NCBI GenBank assembly: GCA_050010215.1
Contig: JBEKLL010000003.1
Location: 19,888 to 83,887, forward strand
Direction: 5' to 3'
From: Gaiellaceae bacterium
Lineage (GTDB): Bacteria; Actinomycetota; Thermoleophilia; Gaiellales; Gaiellaceae
Length of the DNA: 64,000 nt
Shown in pieces: positions 32,663-42,573 of this stretch. A program made the translations under genes and the position numbers. Positions within the stretch are counted from its first letter, which is position 1. Each line of letters begins with the position of its first letter. The notes below the pieces were generated by a model, which had not been told where the DNA came from, searched no databases, and was given only the letters and a program-made list of their open reading frames with translations.

Positions 32663-33439
32663 GTGGCCGCCATCCTGATCGATATCGACGGCGTCCTGCA
32701 CGTCTCCAACGAGCCGATCTCCGGTGCTACGGGCGCCGTTCGCCGCCTGCGCGAGGCAGGGCATCGACTGCGCTTTCTCACCAACAACACCACTCGTCCG
32801 CGCTCGCGGCTGATCGAGGAGCTGCGGGCGATGGGCTTCGAGATCGACGAGAACGAGCTGCAGACCACGCCGCGGGCGGCGGCCCGGGTACTTGCCGGCC
32901 GGCGTGTGCTGGCGCTGACCATGTCGGCGATCGTCGAGGATCTGGAAGGGATCGAGCTGGTCGGCGAGGGCGCCGATGCCGTCCTGCTCGGCGGCGCCGA
33001 CGAGACCGAGGAGTCGGGCCGGGTCTTCTCGTACATGAATCTGGCCCGCGCGTTCGCCGAGCTCGAGGCGGGCGCGGAGCTCTTCTGCCTGCACCGGAAT
33101 CGCTGGTGGCAGACCAAGCACGGGCCACTGCTCGACTCGGGCGCCTTCGTGGCCGGGCTCGAATACGCCGCCGAGACTCACGCCACGGTGCTCGGCAAGC
33201 CCAGCTCGTTGTATTTCGCCGCGGCGCTCGAGACGCTCGACTCCGATCCGGGCCAGGCCCTGATGGTCGGCGATGACATCGAGTCGGACATCCGCGGCGC
33301 CCAGCTCCACGGCATGCGCACCGTGCTCGTGCGCACCGGCAAGTTCCGGCCCGATACCTTCGAGCGCTCGGGTATCCGCCCGACCGCGCTCCTCTCTTCG
33401 ATCGCAGACTTCCCCGAATGGCTGGCGACGGCGCGCTGA
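32663..33439 (+). CDS. HAD-superfamily subfamily IIA hydrolase (NagD-like)
   Basis: DIDGVL motif I, LTNNT motif II, GDDIESD motif IV. Confidence 0.8.
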   Translation: MAAILIDIDGVLHVSNEPISGATGAVRRLREAGHRLRFLTNNTTRPRSRLIEELRAMGFEIDENELQTTPRAAARVLAGRRVLALTMSAIVEDLEGIELVGEGADAVLLGGADETEESGRVFSYMNLARAFAELEAGAELFCLHRNRWWQTKHGPLLDSGAFVAGLEYAAETHATVLGKPSSLYFAAALETLDSDPGQALMVGDDIESDIRGAQLHGMRTVLVRTGKFRPDTFERSGIRPTALLSSIADFPEWLATAR

Positions 33440-33801
33440 GGGTCGGCCTCGACCTGATCGAGATCGGGCGCATCCGCTTCGCGCTCGAGCGACCTCGCTT
33501 CCGCGAGCGCTGCTTCACCGACAGTGAGCAAGCCTACTGCGAGTCGCGCGCGAATCCGGCCCAGAGCTATGCCGCCCGCTTCGCCGGCAAGGAGGCCGTT
33601 GGCAAGGCGCTCGGCTGCGGCGTAGGTTTCACCTGGAAGGAGATCGAGATAGCCGGCCATCCGAAACCGAGCGTCTCGCTGACCGGGAAGACGCTTTCCT
33701 GGGCCGAACGCTTGGGAGTAGGGGAGATCGATCTCTCGATGACGCACTCGAAAGGAGTGGCCGCGGCGGTTGCCGTTCTGGTGCTGGAGGACGAGCGATG
33801 A
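33418..33801 (+). CDS. acpS: holo-[acyl-carrier-protein] synthase
   Basis: VGLDLIEI, FAGKEAVGKALG, SMTHS motifs. 127 aa. Confidence 0.88.
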   Translation: MAGDGALRVGLDLIEIGRIRFALERPRFRERCFTDSEQAYCESRANPAQSYAARFAGKEAVGKALGCGVGFTWKEIEIAGHPKPSVSLTGKTLSWAERLGVGEIDLSMTHSKGVAAAVAVLVLEDER

Positions 33802-35216
33802 GCAGCAAGCCCTACTTCGAGCCACTCTTCAGCGCCGCCGAGATGCGCGTCGTCGAGGAGGCCTACCCGGGCTACCCGAGTTCGATGCGCGAGTTGATGC
33901 TGCGGGCGGGGACGGCTGCGGCCGAGGCGGCAATACGCCGTTTCCCCGAGGCGCGTTCCTACACCGTCGTCTGTGGCGGCGGCTCGAACGGCGGCGACGG
34001 CCTGGTCGCGGCCGACGTGTTACGCGCCCAGGGCCGGGAGGTACTGATCGTCGAGGCGAAGAGCGGCGAGAAGGAGCTGGGCAGTCCGGACGTGATCGTC
34101 GACGCCCTCTTCGGCACCGGTTTTTCGGGCGAGCCGCGGGCGGATGCCGCCTCCTTGATCGAGAAGATGAACGCCGCCGGCGCGCCGGTCGTCTCGGTCG
34201 ACATCGCCTCCGGCGTGGATGCCTCGAACGGCGAGATCGCCGGGCCGGCTGTCAAGGCGGCGCTCACAGTCACTTTCTACGCTCGCAAGGTCGGCCACGT
34301 CGTGGCGCCTGGACGCTTTCAGCGCGGTGAGCTGGAGATCGCCGATATCGGTCTGGCAGGCGGGACAACCGCCGCGCGTCTGGCAACGCTCGAGCTGCTC
34401 TCGGCGATCCCTAGGCGGAAGGAGTCGGACACGAAGTTCAGCGCCGGTTCGGTGCTGGTCGTCGGCGGCTCACCCGGTTTTTCCGGCGCCGTCTGCCTGG
34501 CCGGCGAGGCCGCCTTTCGCGCCGATGCCGGTTACGTCACCGTGGTCGTGCCGCGCTCCGTCCTTCCTCCGCTCGAGCTGCGACTGCTCGAGGCGGTCAA
34601 GCGCCCGGCACCCGAGGACGAAGCCGGGCACCTGACGGCCGAGGCGCTGGCGCTCGTTAGCGAGCTGGAGCCACGAGCGCAGTCGCTGGCGCTCGGTCCG
34701 GGGATCGGGCGCACGGAGGGAACACGGGAGTTCGTACGCGAGCTTCTATTCAGGACATCGTTGCCTGCAGTGGTCGACGCCGATGCCCTCTTCGGGCTCG
34801 AGCCCGGGAGATGGGCGGCGCCGGTCGTGCTCACTCCGCATGCGGGCGAGCTGGCGCGCCTGCTCGGCAAGGAATCGGCCTGGGTCAACGCCCATCGTCT
34901 GGCCGCAGCGCGTGAGTGTGCGGAGCGCTTCTTGGCCGTAACACTGCTCAAGGGCGCCGACACCATCGTTGTTTCACCCTCGGGCGAGGCACTCGTCTGC
35001 GAGCAGGGAACTCCGGCCCTGGCGACCGCCGGCTCCGGCGATGTGCTCACGGGCGTGATCGCCGCCTTCCTGGCCAAGGGCCTCGAGCCCGTTCTGGCCG
35101 CCGCGGCAGCAGCCGTCGCTCACGGCCGGGCCGCCCAGCTGCTCGAGCACCAGGTTGGGGTCGTCGCCGGCGACGTGACGCGGATGCTGCCAGAGGCGAT
35201 CTGCGAAGGGCGCTAG
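33798..35216 (+). CDS. nnr: bifunctional NAD(P)H-hydrate epimerase / ADP-dependent dehydratase
   Basis: YjeF-N (GGGSNGGDG) and YjeF-C (GSGDVLTG) domains. ATGA overlap with acpS. Confidence 0.88.
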   Translation: MSSKPYFEPLFSAAEMRVVEEAYPGYPSSMRELMLRAGTAAAEAAIRRFPEARSYTVVCGGGSNGGDGLVAADVLRAQGREVLIVEAKSGEKELGSPDVIVDALFGTGFSGEPRADAASLIEKMNAAGAPVVSVDIASGVDASNGEIAGPAVKAALTVTFYARKVGHVVAPGRFQRGELEIADIGLAGGTTAARLATLELLSAIPRRKESDTKFSAGSVLVVGGSPGFSGAVCLAGEAAFRADAGYVTVVVPRSVLPPLELRLLEAVKRPAPEDEAGHLTAEALALVSELEPRAQSLALGPGIGRTEGTREFVRELLFRTSLPAVVDADALFGLEPGRWAAPVVLTPHAGELARLLGKESAWVNAHRLAAARECAERFLAVTLLKGADTIVVSPSGEALVCEQGTPALATAGSGDVLTGVIAAFLAKGLEPVLAAAAAAVAHGRAAQLLEHQVGVVAGDVTRMLPEAICEGR

Positions 35217-35728
35217 AGCTTCGGCTTGAGCTGATCGAGAAGACCGATCGCCCAGGCTTCGACCGCTTGCCAGTCGCGAACGTCGGTGATCGGGAAGAAC
35301 CTCTTCAGCGGCGGCGAGTACTTGTCGGGGAAGCGGAGCTTGCTCTGGTCGATGACGCCGCCGAAGAGCGCCGTCGACAGCGGCCGAATCCCGGCATGCC
35401 GCCCGATCGCGCGGTCGAACTGCTTCTCCGGGGTCTTGACGTTCTTCTCTCCGTAGCCGAGCGGTCCGAGGGCGAACACGGCCACCGGCATCTCGGTCAG
35501 TGCTCCGCGGTGCCTCGAAAGAAAGCGTCGTTCCGCTCTGAGCATGCGGGCGTTGTAGAGCGGCGCTCCGAACACGACGGCGCGATAGTCGCGAAGATCC
35601 CGCACCGAACGAACATCGAGGAGCTCGGTCGAGACGCCTTCCTGCTCGAGCGTCTTCGCTATCGCCGCGGCCACCTCCGCGGTCGAGCCGTACTTCGTCG
35701 CATAGGCGATCAAGACCGTGTTCGGCAT
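35213..35728 (-). CDS. flavodoxin-domain protein (HemG/flavodoxin-like)
   Basis: VLIAYATKYGSTAEVA FMN-binding N-terminus. Internal ATG of a longer artefactual ORF. Confidence 0.75.
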   Translation of the reverse strand: MPNTVLIAYATKYGSTAEVAAAIAKTLEQEGVSTELLDVRSVRDLRDYRAVVFGAPLYNARMLRAERRFLSRHRGALTEMPVAVFALGPLGYGEKNVKTPEKQFDRAIGRHAGIRPLSTALFGGVIDQSKLRFPDKYSPPLKRFFPITDVRDWQAVEAWAIGLLDQLKPKL

Positions 35729-35800
35729 CCGGCTGCCATCATCGCAAACGAATCGACCGGAAGCCGCGCGCGAACGCACCCGGCCTTCTACGATGGAGCG

Positions 35801-36823
35801 ATGCACCGCTCGGAGATCACGATCGATCTCGGCGCCGCTCGCCGCAACGTCAAGCGCCTGATCGCCGCGCTTGACGGCGCCGACCTCTGGGTTGTCGTCA
35901 AGGCAGACGGCTACGGGCACGGGGCGGTGGACGTGGCCGCTGCGGCGCTCGGAGCCGGCGCCCGCGTCCTCTGCGTCGTGACGCTCGCCGAGGGACTCGA
36001 AATGCGCGCCGAGTATCCGACGGCTCGCATTCTCGTCATGGGCCCGCTGGTGCCCGGCGAGGTTGCACGGGCGCGCGACGCGGGACTGGAGATCGCGGTC
36101 GCGGACGCCGACATCCCCGAGGATGTTCGTGTCCACATCAAGCTGGACACCGGCATGGGGCGCTTCGGCCTCTCGGAGCTTCTCTCTCCACCGGGCCGGA
36201 ACGTCGTCGGCCTGATGAGCCACCTCGCCACCGCCGACCGCGACCTCGACTTCGCCCGCGCCCAGGTCGAGCGCTTCCGCGAGCTCACCGAGCCCCATTC
36301 GCAGCTGACGCGCCACATCGCGAGCAGTGCCGCCGTACTGCGTCTTCCCGAGTCGCACTTCGACGCCGCTCGCTGCGGCATCGCCGTCTACGGTCTCTCT
36401 CCCTTCGGCGAGGATCCGGCCGGCGACGGATTGGAGCCGGTGCTGCGCTGGGAGAGCCGCCTCGCCCAGGTGAAGTTGCTCCAGCCGGGCGAGAGCACGG
36501 GCTACGGGCGCCGCTTCATAGCCGACAAGCCGACCTGGATCGGGCTCGTTCCGGTGGGCTACGCGGACGGCTTTCGACGCGACATGACCGGCACCGAGGT
36601 GCTCGTCGACGGGGAGCGCCGACCGGTAGTCGGGACGATCTCGATGGATTCCTTCGCCGTGAAGCTCGAACGCGAGCTGCTGGTCGGAACGCCGGTCGTC
36701 ATCGTCGGCGACGGGCTACTTGTCGAGGAGCATGCGCGTGTGGCGGACACGATCAACTACGAGATCAGCTGCGGTATCTGCTCCGATCGCCGCCGCGCCC
36801 GCCGTGTCATCGTCGACGCTTGA
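35801..36823 (+). CDS. alr: alanine racemase
   Basis: PLP Lys motif VVKADGYGHG. C-terminal YEI.C motif. 340 aa from the internal ATG. Confidence 0.9.
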   Translation: MHRSEITIDLGAARRNVKRLIAALDGADLWVVVKADGYGHGAVDVAAAALGAGARVLCVVTLAEGLEMRAEYPTARILVMGPLVPGEVARARDAGLEIAVADADIPEDVRVHIKLDTGMGRFGLSELLSPPGRNVVGLMSHLATADRDLDFARAQVERFRELTEPHSQLTRHIASSAAVLRLPESHFDAARCGIAVYGLSPFGEDPAGDGLEPVLRWESRLAQVKLLQPGESTGYGRRFIADKPTWIGLVPVGYADGFRRDMTGTEVLVDGERRPVVGTISMDSFAVKLERELLVGTPVVIVGDGLLVEEHARVADTINYEISCGICSDRRRARRVIVDA

Positions 36824-37853
36824 TCTCGTACGTCAGGTGCTGGCCGGCGAGGACGCCTATCTCGTCGGCGGCGCGGTGCGGGACGAGCTGCTCGGGCGCG
36901 AGCTCGTCGATCTCGACATCGTCTGCGCCGATCCCCGCAAGGCGGCGCGCGCATTCGCGGCGCGAAGCGGCGGCGCTCCCTTCGCTCTCTCGGAGCGCCA
37001 CGGCGCCTGGCGCGTCACCTTCACGAGCGGCGAGTGCGTCGATTTCACGCCTCTGCGCGGAACCCTCGCCGAGGATCTGGCGCTGCGCGACTTCAGCATC
37101 AACGCGATCGCCGAGCCGCTCGCGGGCGGCGATGTTGTCGATCCGTTCAACGGTCGTGGCGATCTCGGCGAGCGAAGGCTGCGCGCGGTCTCCGAACAGA
37201 TCTTCGACGACGATCCGCTGCGCCTGCTGCGCGCCGTTCGGCTGGAGGAAGAGCTCGGACTACGTCTCGACCAGCAGAGCGAAGAGCTCGTTCGTTCCCA
37301 CGCGGCGCTCGTTGCCCGACCCGCCGGCGAACGCATCCTGGCCGAGCTCGAGCGGCTTGACTGGTTCGCCTACGAGCGGCTGGACGAGCTCGGTCTGCTC
37401 GCTCAGCTCGGGGGCTCGCTCGCGCTCTTCGCTCGGGTTGATCGCTCGCTGGTCGACTCGTCGCGGCTTCGATTGGTGACCGTCTTCGGCGAGAGCCTGC
37501 GCCGGCTTCCGATCTCAGGCGAGCTCGATCGCTACCTCGCCGCCCTACTCCGTGCTCGGTCGCCCGCCGACGGCTCGCCGCGCCAGATCCATCGCTTCCG
37601 CCGGACCAACGAGCCCTGGACGCTCGACGCTCTCGCCTATCTCGGAACCGGCGAGTACGCGAGTGCCGTGCGCCTGGCCCGTGAGACCGAGCCCGACGAG
37701 CCGCTCTTACGTGGCGACGAGCTCGGTATAGCGCCCGGGCCGCTAGTCGGCGAGCTGCTGGAGCTGATCGCCGAGGAGCATGCGGCCGGGACGATCTCGA
37801 CTCGCGAGGATGCGCTCGCGCTTGTGCGTGAGCGGCTGACGCGGGATCCCTAG
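36804..37853 (+). CDS. CCA-adding tRNA nucleotidyltransferase / poly(A) polymerase family protein
   Basis: LVGGAVRDELLGR..DLDIV nucleotidyltransferase motif. Start uncertain (GTG 36804 overlapping the alr end). Confidence 0.75.
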   Translation: MSSSTLDLVRQVLAGEDAYLVGGAVRDELLGRELVDLDIVCADPRKAARAFAARSGGAPFALSERHGAWRVTFTSGECVDFTPLRGTLAEDLALRDFSINAIAEPLAGGDVVDPFNGRGDLGERRLRAVSEQIFDDDPLRLLRAVRLEEELGLRLDQQSEELVRSHAALVARPAGERILAELERLDWFAYERLDELGLLAQLGGSLALFARVDRSLVDSSRLRLVTVFGESLRRLPISGELDRYLAALLRARSPADGSPRQIHRFRRTNEPWTLDALAYLGTGEYASAVRLARETEPDEPLLRGDELGIAPGPLVGELLELIAEEHAAGTISTREDALALVRERLTRDP

Positions 37854-38081
37854 ACCGAGCGCGCCGTTCTTGCTGGCAAGCCGCTTCCCTGCAGGCGGGA
37901 CAGGCGCGGGCGCGAATTCGGTGCAAAAACGGGACAAAGACGTGTGCGTCGGGCAGGTACCGTGTCACGACCCCGCGGGTGGGTGGATCTTGGCGGGGGG
38001 CAGCGAAACGTGGTGCCCGCGGCGCACCGGTCGAGCGCGAAGTCGCGACCCGAGGCGACTAGACGAGTGCCGGCGAGCCGC

Positions 38082-38516
38082 CTAGCGCTGCGACAGCGGG
38101 CAGGCCGCATTCCCGCAGGCGGGGCAGACGCGGGCTCGGATGTCGATCGAGCCGAGCAGGAGGCAGAGCCAGAAACCGGCGAGCGCGAGCGGGACGCGCC
38201 AGAGCCAGACCTGCGGAAGCAGGAAGGTCAGGGCCAGCGCGATCGATGTCATTGCCAGCTCTGAACGCGTGTACGAGTCCGGTCTCTGCTCTCTCCTCAT
38301 GACCCGGGCGACCGGGCCGAAAACGACGTGGCCGCATCGATCGCGGTCGGAGCACTTGGTGCAGAAGAGAGCGGTGATCGCGATGAGCGAGACAAGCACC
38401 AGCGCCGCGTAGGCCAGTCCGAGCAAGGTGGACTGTCGCCAGGCGACGAATAGCGCGAGCATGACGGCGACCCCGGCCGCGATCAGGCTGAGGACTCCGA
38501 AGATCCTGGCCGGCAT
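38082..38516 (-). CDS. hypothetical 4-TM membrane protein with two Cys pairs
   Basis: Internal ATG (MPARIFG). CTKCSDRDRC and CPACGNAAC motifs. Confidence 0.4.
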   Translation of the reverse strand: MPARIFGVLSLIAAGVAVMLALFVAWRQSTLLGLAYAALVLVSLIAITALFCTKCSDRDRCGHVVFGPVARVMRREQRPDSYTRSELAMTSIALALTFLLPQVWLWRVPLALAGFWLCLLLGSIDIRARVCPACGNAACPLSQR

Positions 38517-38642
38517 TAGCTCCTTCTGTCCTCGGCGTCGATCGTGTCGCTGGGCTCTAGGCACACCCAACCTCCTCCCCGAGGCGATCGTATCGGCGAA
38601 AATCACCTCTGTGTGTGCCAGATTCGCAACCGAAGGATCACG

Positions 38643-39398
38643 ATGACTCCAAACGAGCCGTCCGGAGAGGCGAAGAAAGGCGCGAAGCGGAACGACGTCG
38701 TTCGCGCCCGTTTCGCCACGGCGACGGAGCACTTCGCCGAGCGGACGCGTGAGCAAGCGCCGCTGATCGCCCAGCGCGCCGCGCGCCTGCTGGCGCCGCT
38801 TCGCGGCGACGAGCGTGCGCTCGACGCGGGCACCGGCGCCGGTGCTCTGGCGCTCGCGCTGGCTACACTCGTGGGCGAGGTCGTGGGCTGTGACGTCGTG
38901 CCCGAGATGCTGGCCACGGCGAGAAAGCTGGGCGCCGACCTACCGAACCTGCGCTTCGTCGAAGGTGACATCTTCGCGCTCCCGTTCGAGACGGCGAGCT
39001 TCGACATCGTCGGCACGATTCGTACGCTGCACCACCTCGAGCGCCCCGAGAAGGCGCTGCCCGAGCTTGTCCGCGTCACCAGGCCGAACGGCCGCCTGCT
39101 CATCATCGATCAACTGGCGCCACTCGATCCGCTGCGCGCGCTCGAGATCGACCGCTTCGAGCAGGCGCGCGATCCCTCCCATACGCGCACCCTCTCCGAC
39201 CAGGACATGCGCGGGCTCTTCGACATGAATGGGCTCACGCTCCTGCGCCAGGAGATCGTCTCGGAGCAACGCGACCTCGAGCAGTTCCTGGACGGAGCCG
39301 GTTGCGAGGGCGAGCAGCGCGAGCGCGTACGGCGGCTGGCTCCGGGCCAGCGCTTTACCGTCGAGCTGGGCTGGTACGTGCTCGAGCGCCGCGTCTAG
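38643..39398 (+). CDS. class I SAM-dependent methyltransferase
   Basis: LDAGTGAGALALAL motif I. Methyltransf_11-like spacing. Confidence 0.75.
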   Translation: MTPNEPSGEAKKGAKRNDVVRARFATATEHFAERTREQAPLIAQRAARLLAPLRGDERALDAGTGAGALALALATLVGEVVGCDVVPEMLATARKLGADLPNLRFVEGDIFALPFETASFDIVGTIRTLHHLERPEKALPELVRVTRPNGRLLIIDQLAPLDPLRALEIDRFEQARDPSHTRTLSDQDMRGLFDMNGLTLLRQEIVSEQRDLEQFLDGAGCEGEQRERVRRLAPGQRFTVELGWYVLERRV

Positions 39399-39450
39399 CT
39401 CTGTCAGGAGCGAGCGCTCAGGTCCCGCCGGCTCGCGCTCAGGTGCGCCT

Positions 39451-39981
39451 TTACTGCTTCCACTTGACCGTGCAGCCGACTGCCGGTGTCTCGGCCACGG
39501 GCGGTTCGTCTCCGCTCAGGAGCGCTTCGATCGCATCGCGCAAGTAGTTCTGTTTCACTTCGTTCTCATCGCGGGAGTCGTCGATCGCGCCGTGGTAGCG
39601 GAGTCGGCGCTCTGCGTCGAAGAGGAAGACCTCGGGGGTGTGCTCGGCGCCGAGTGCGTGCGCGAGCGACTGGTCCTCGTCGAATAGATAGTCGAAGGGA
39701 AAGTCGCGTTTCTCGGCCCTCGCCTTCATCTGCTCGAACGAATCCTCGGGATAGCGAGAGACGTCGTTGGAGTTGACCGCGACGACGCGCACGCCTTCGT
39801 GCGAGTGCTCTTGCGCGATCGCCATCAGCCGGTCCTCCCAGGCCAGTACGTAGGGACAGTGGTTGCAGGACTGAACGAGGATGAGCAGCGTGGCGTCACC
39901 GTACTCATCCAGCGAGTGGTCGTAGCCGTCGACGCCGGGGAGCTCGAAAAAGGGGGCTTCAGTGCCTAGCTCGATACTCAT
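39451..39981 (-). CDS. thioredoxin-fold thiol-disulfide oxidoreductase (redoxin/AhpC-TSA family)
   Basis: CNHCPY CxxC motif in the expected position. 176 aa. Confidence 0.8.
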   Translation of the reverse strand: MSIELGTEAPFFELPGVDGYDHSLDEYGDATLLILVQSCNHCPYVLAWEDRLMAIAQEHSHEGVRVVAVNSNDVSRYPEDSFEQMKARAEKRDFPFDYLFDEDQSLAHALGAEHTPEVFLFDAERRLRYHGAIDDSRDENEVKQNYLRDAIEALLSGDEPPVAETPAVGCTVKWKQ

Positions 39982-40277
39982 CTGAGTGCTGCCTCCAGTT
40001 GGTCGCGTGAGGGAATGGGTGAGACTCGGCCGTCGGGAAGGTGGTAGATGCGGCAGCTGAGAGAGGGACGCGCCTTCGCGCCTTCGGGATCGACGTCACG
40101 ACCGTCGACGCGAATCGTCGGTGAGCCCGGGAAACGTAGGCGCTCGGCTTCCTCGTCACTGGTGATCTCCATCAAGAGTATTTCATCGTCGCGGCCGAGC
40201 TCGGCCAGAATCTGCTCAACGAGGGATTTGGCCTCGGGGTGCGAGGGGCAGCCCTCCCAGTAGAGAAGCTCGATCAC
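39978..40277 (-). CDS. small thioredoxin-fold-like protein (GCPSH motif)
   Basis: GTG start overlapping the SDR stop (GTGA); stop overlaps the redoxin start. YWEGCPSH N-terminal motif. Confidence 0.5.
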   Translation of the reverse strand: MIELLYWEGCPSHPEAKSLVEQILAELGRDDEILLMEITSDEEAERLRFPGSPTIRVDGRDVDPEGAKARPSLSCRIYHLPDGRVSPIPSRDQLEAALR

Positions 40278-41065
40278 TCGCCCGCCTTTCGGTCGGGGAT
40301 CTCTCTTTCCGGGTCGCGTTTGGCGACCACCCGCGTCACCGAGTTCGGAAAGAGCGCCGTCGAGATGCCGGCTATCCGCATCCATGCGGGGAATACGACC
40401 TCGCTTCTGCCGTGCTCGATCGCTCTGACGATCTTCTTGGCTATTCGCTCCGGCGTGAGCACGGACCAGGCCATCGAACGCCGGCTCGTAAGTCTCGTCT
40501 GCGGGAATCCTTCGGTCGCGACCGGCCCCGGATTGACCGAGAGAACGGATATGCCATGCGGCCTGAGCTCGGCGCGGAGCGCGCGCGAGAAGGCGAGCTG
40601 GGCGTGCTTCGAGGCGGAGTAGGGGCCGGAGCCGGGGACGACGGTCGTTCCGGCGACCGAGGCGATGTTGACCACGCGGGCAGAGGCGGCGCGTTCGAGT
40701 CCCGGCAAGAAAGCCCGCAGGCACCAGACCGAGCCGAGGTAGTTGGTGCGGATCACCTGCTCGATTCGCTCCGAGCCGGCGCCGAGGAAGCTGCCGTACG
40801 AAGGGATGCCGGCGTTGTTCACGAGCAGGTCGACGGCCGGATGGCGCGAGAGCACGCGGGCCGCCACGGCGTCGACCTCGTCCTTGCTGGAGACGTCGCA
40901 GGCCTCTGCCTCGCCGCCGATCTCCGCTGCCAGTTGCTGTAGCCGGTCCAGTCGTCGCGCCAGCAGCACGCAGTGCCAGCCACGTTCGGCGAGTGCGCGC
41001 GCGAGGGCCGCTCCAATGCCGCTCGAGGCGCCGGTGATCACGGCCAGACGCTGTTCGGTGCTCAT
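40274..41065 (-). CDS. short-chain dehydrogenase/reductase (SDR)
   Basis: TGASSGIG cofactor motif, NNAG, YSASK catalytic motif. Start at the internal ATG (MSTEQRLAVITG). Confidence 0.85.
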   Translation of the reverse strand: MSTEQRLAVITGASSGIGAALARALAERGWHCVLLARRLDRLQQLAAEIGGEAEACDVSSKDEVDAVAARVLSRHPAVDLLVNNAGIPSYGSFLGAGSERIEQVIRTNYLGSVWCLRAFLPGLERAASARVVNIASVAGTTVVPGSGPYSASKHAQLAFSRALRAELRPHGISVLSVNPGPVATEGFPQTRLTSRRSMAWSVLTPERIAKKIVRAIEHGRSEVVFPAWMRIAGISTALFPNSVTRVVAKRDPEREIPDRKAGE

Positions 41066-41267
41066 CACTTGGCTCTCAGAAGCCACTCGCTCGGAGCGTA
41101 TCGAAACACTCTCGCCCGCGCCCACGAAAAGCGACCCTTCGGCCGGCGGCGATCTGGACTTCTCAGCGTCCGGTGTGTCGAGCTTTCCTACGCCGCCGAG
41201 TCGTTTGAGCGGCTCGGCGCTCCGTTTCGCAGGGCGCCCCGAGGATCAGCCCGATAGACTCGCGCCC

Positions 41268-42041
41268 ATGCCGGGCAGATTCGAGGGCAAACGCGGGTTG
41301 ATTCTCGGCGTCGCCAACAAGCGCTCGATCGCCTGGGCAATCGCGCGCAGGCTCGCCGACGAGGGAGCGGCGCTGGCCTTCACCTTCCAGGGCGAGCGCA
41401 TCGAGACGAACGTGCGCGAGCTGGCGGAATCGGTCTCGAGTCCGCTCGTCACCGCCTGCGACGTGCGCCAGGAGGAGGATTGCAGGCGCGCTGTGAGCGA
41501 GGCCGCATCCGCACTCGGCGGTCTCGATTTCGTCGTGCACTCGGTCGCCTTCGCGGCCGCCGAGGATCTCGAAGGGCGCTTCGTCGACACGCCGCGCGAG
41601 CGCTTCTGGATGGCGCTCGACGTCAGCGCCTACTCGCTGGTGGCGATCGCCCGCGCGGCCGAGCCCTATCTCGCCGAGACCAGTGGCTCGATCGTGACCA
41701 TGACCTACCTTGGCGGTGAGCGCGCGGTTCCGCACTACAACGTCATGGGCGTGGCCAAGGCGACGCTCGAGGCCTCGATGCGCTACCTCGCCTGGGATCT
41801 CGGCGTCGAGGGTATCCGCGTCAACGCGGTCTCGGCCGGTCCCGTTCGCACGCTCGCCGCGCGCTCGATTGCGGGCTTCCCGACCATGGAGGCGATCGTC
41901 GGCGAGCGCGCTCCACTTCGGCGTCAGATAGACGCCGAGGATGTCGCCGCCGCCAGCGCCTTCCTGCTCTCCGACGACGCCCGCAATGTCAGCGGCACGA
42001 TCCTCTACGTGGACTCCGGCTACCACGCCATGGGCATGTAG
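41268..42041 (+). CDS. fabI: enoyl-[acyl-carrier-protein] reductase (NADH)
   Basis: GKRGLILGVANKRSIAW, Y..MGVAK catalytic motif. 257 aa. Confidence 0.9.
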   Translation: MPGRFEGKRGLILGVANKRSIAWAIARRLADEGAALAFTFQGERIETNVRELAESVSSPLVTACDVRQEEDCRRAVSEAASALGGLDFVVHSVAFAAAEDLEGRFVDTPRERFWMALDVSAYSLVAIARAAEPYLAETSGSIVTMTYLGGERAVPHYNVMGVAKATLEASMRYLAWDLGVEGIRVNAVSAGPVRTLAARSIAGFPTMEAIVGERAPLRRQIDAEDVAAASAFLLSDDARNVSGTILYVDSGYHAMGM

Positions 42042-42191
42042 CTCGCGCTCTCGGCCGGCGGCTCCGTCCGGCGAGGCGCGACTCGCCTCCCGGGGCCGCC
42101 TGACACCGCTGAGCGCACTTCGCTCTACGGCGCCGTGCGAAGCACTGTCTCCTCCGGCGAAGCACACTCAGCGGCGCCCCGAGAGCGCGAG
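42042..42191 (+). repeat. 150-nt structured repeat (same family as the tRNA-trailer elements), directly after the fabI stop
   Basis: P1 CTCGCGCTCTCGG / CCGAGAGCGCGAG (13 bp perfect). Hairpin GGCGAG-gcgcga-CTCGCC. P2 CGCTGAG/CTCAGCG. Core CACTGTCTCCTCCGG. Confidence 0.7.
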
Positions 42192-42573
42192 CGGCGACTC
42201 GGTGTTGTTCGGACTTGGCCGGTAGCTCTGTGAGGCCGGGCGCGACGGAACTCCCTAAGAAGCTGGTCGAGATCGCTTGCGAACAGCCTATTTGCAGGTA
42301 TTTACCAACCTTCGCGGCGTCCCGGCGTCGTAGAGGGTGGTTGGCAAGAGCGGGCGCTTGACTTGAGGGGAAGCCGAGCACGCAACGCAAGTCGTGCTCA
42401 CAGGTCTGAGCCGTTCTTGTCTCCGAGAGCGTGCGAGCGGGGTGCGGCGCCCCGCCCGCACGCCGCTATCGTCGGCTTCGCCCGCGATCGCTCAGCTAGG
42501 CTGCTCGATCGTGAGCGGCGGTTCCACGAAGACGTTGGGCCGACCGTGACGACCTTTCAATGAAGACGGATAG

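Noticed and set aside
31390-33117. 575-aa and 401-aa minus-strand ORFs (31390-33117, 32105-33310)
   Set aside because: They are antisense to the peroxiredoxin, wHTH and HAD genes. They are Arg/Ser/Pro-rich with no domain signatures.
42390-42573. preQ1 riboswitch upstream of the YhhQ-like transporter
   Set aside because: There is no short P1 hairpin followed by an A-rich tail/CUA pseudoknot motif. GCGGCGGTTCCACG is only a superficial resemblance.
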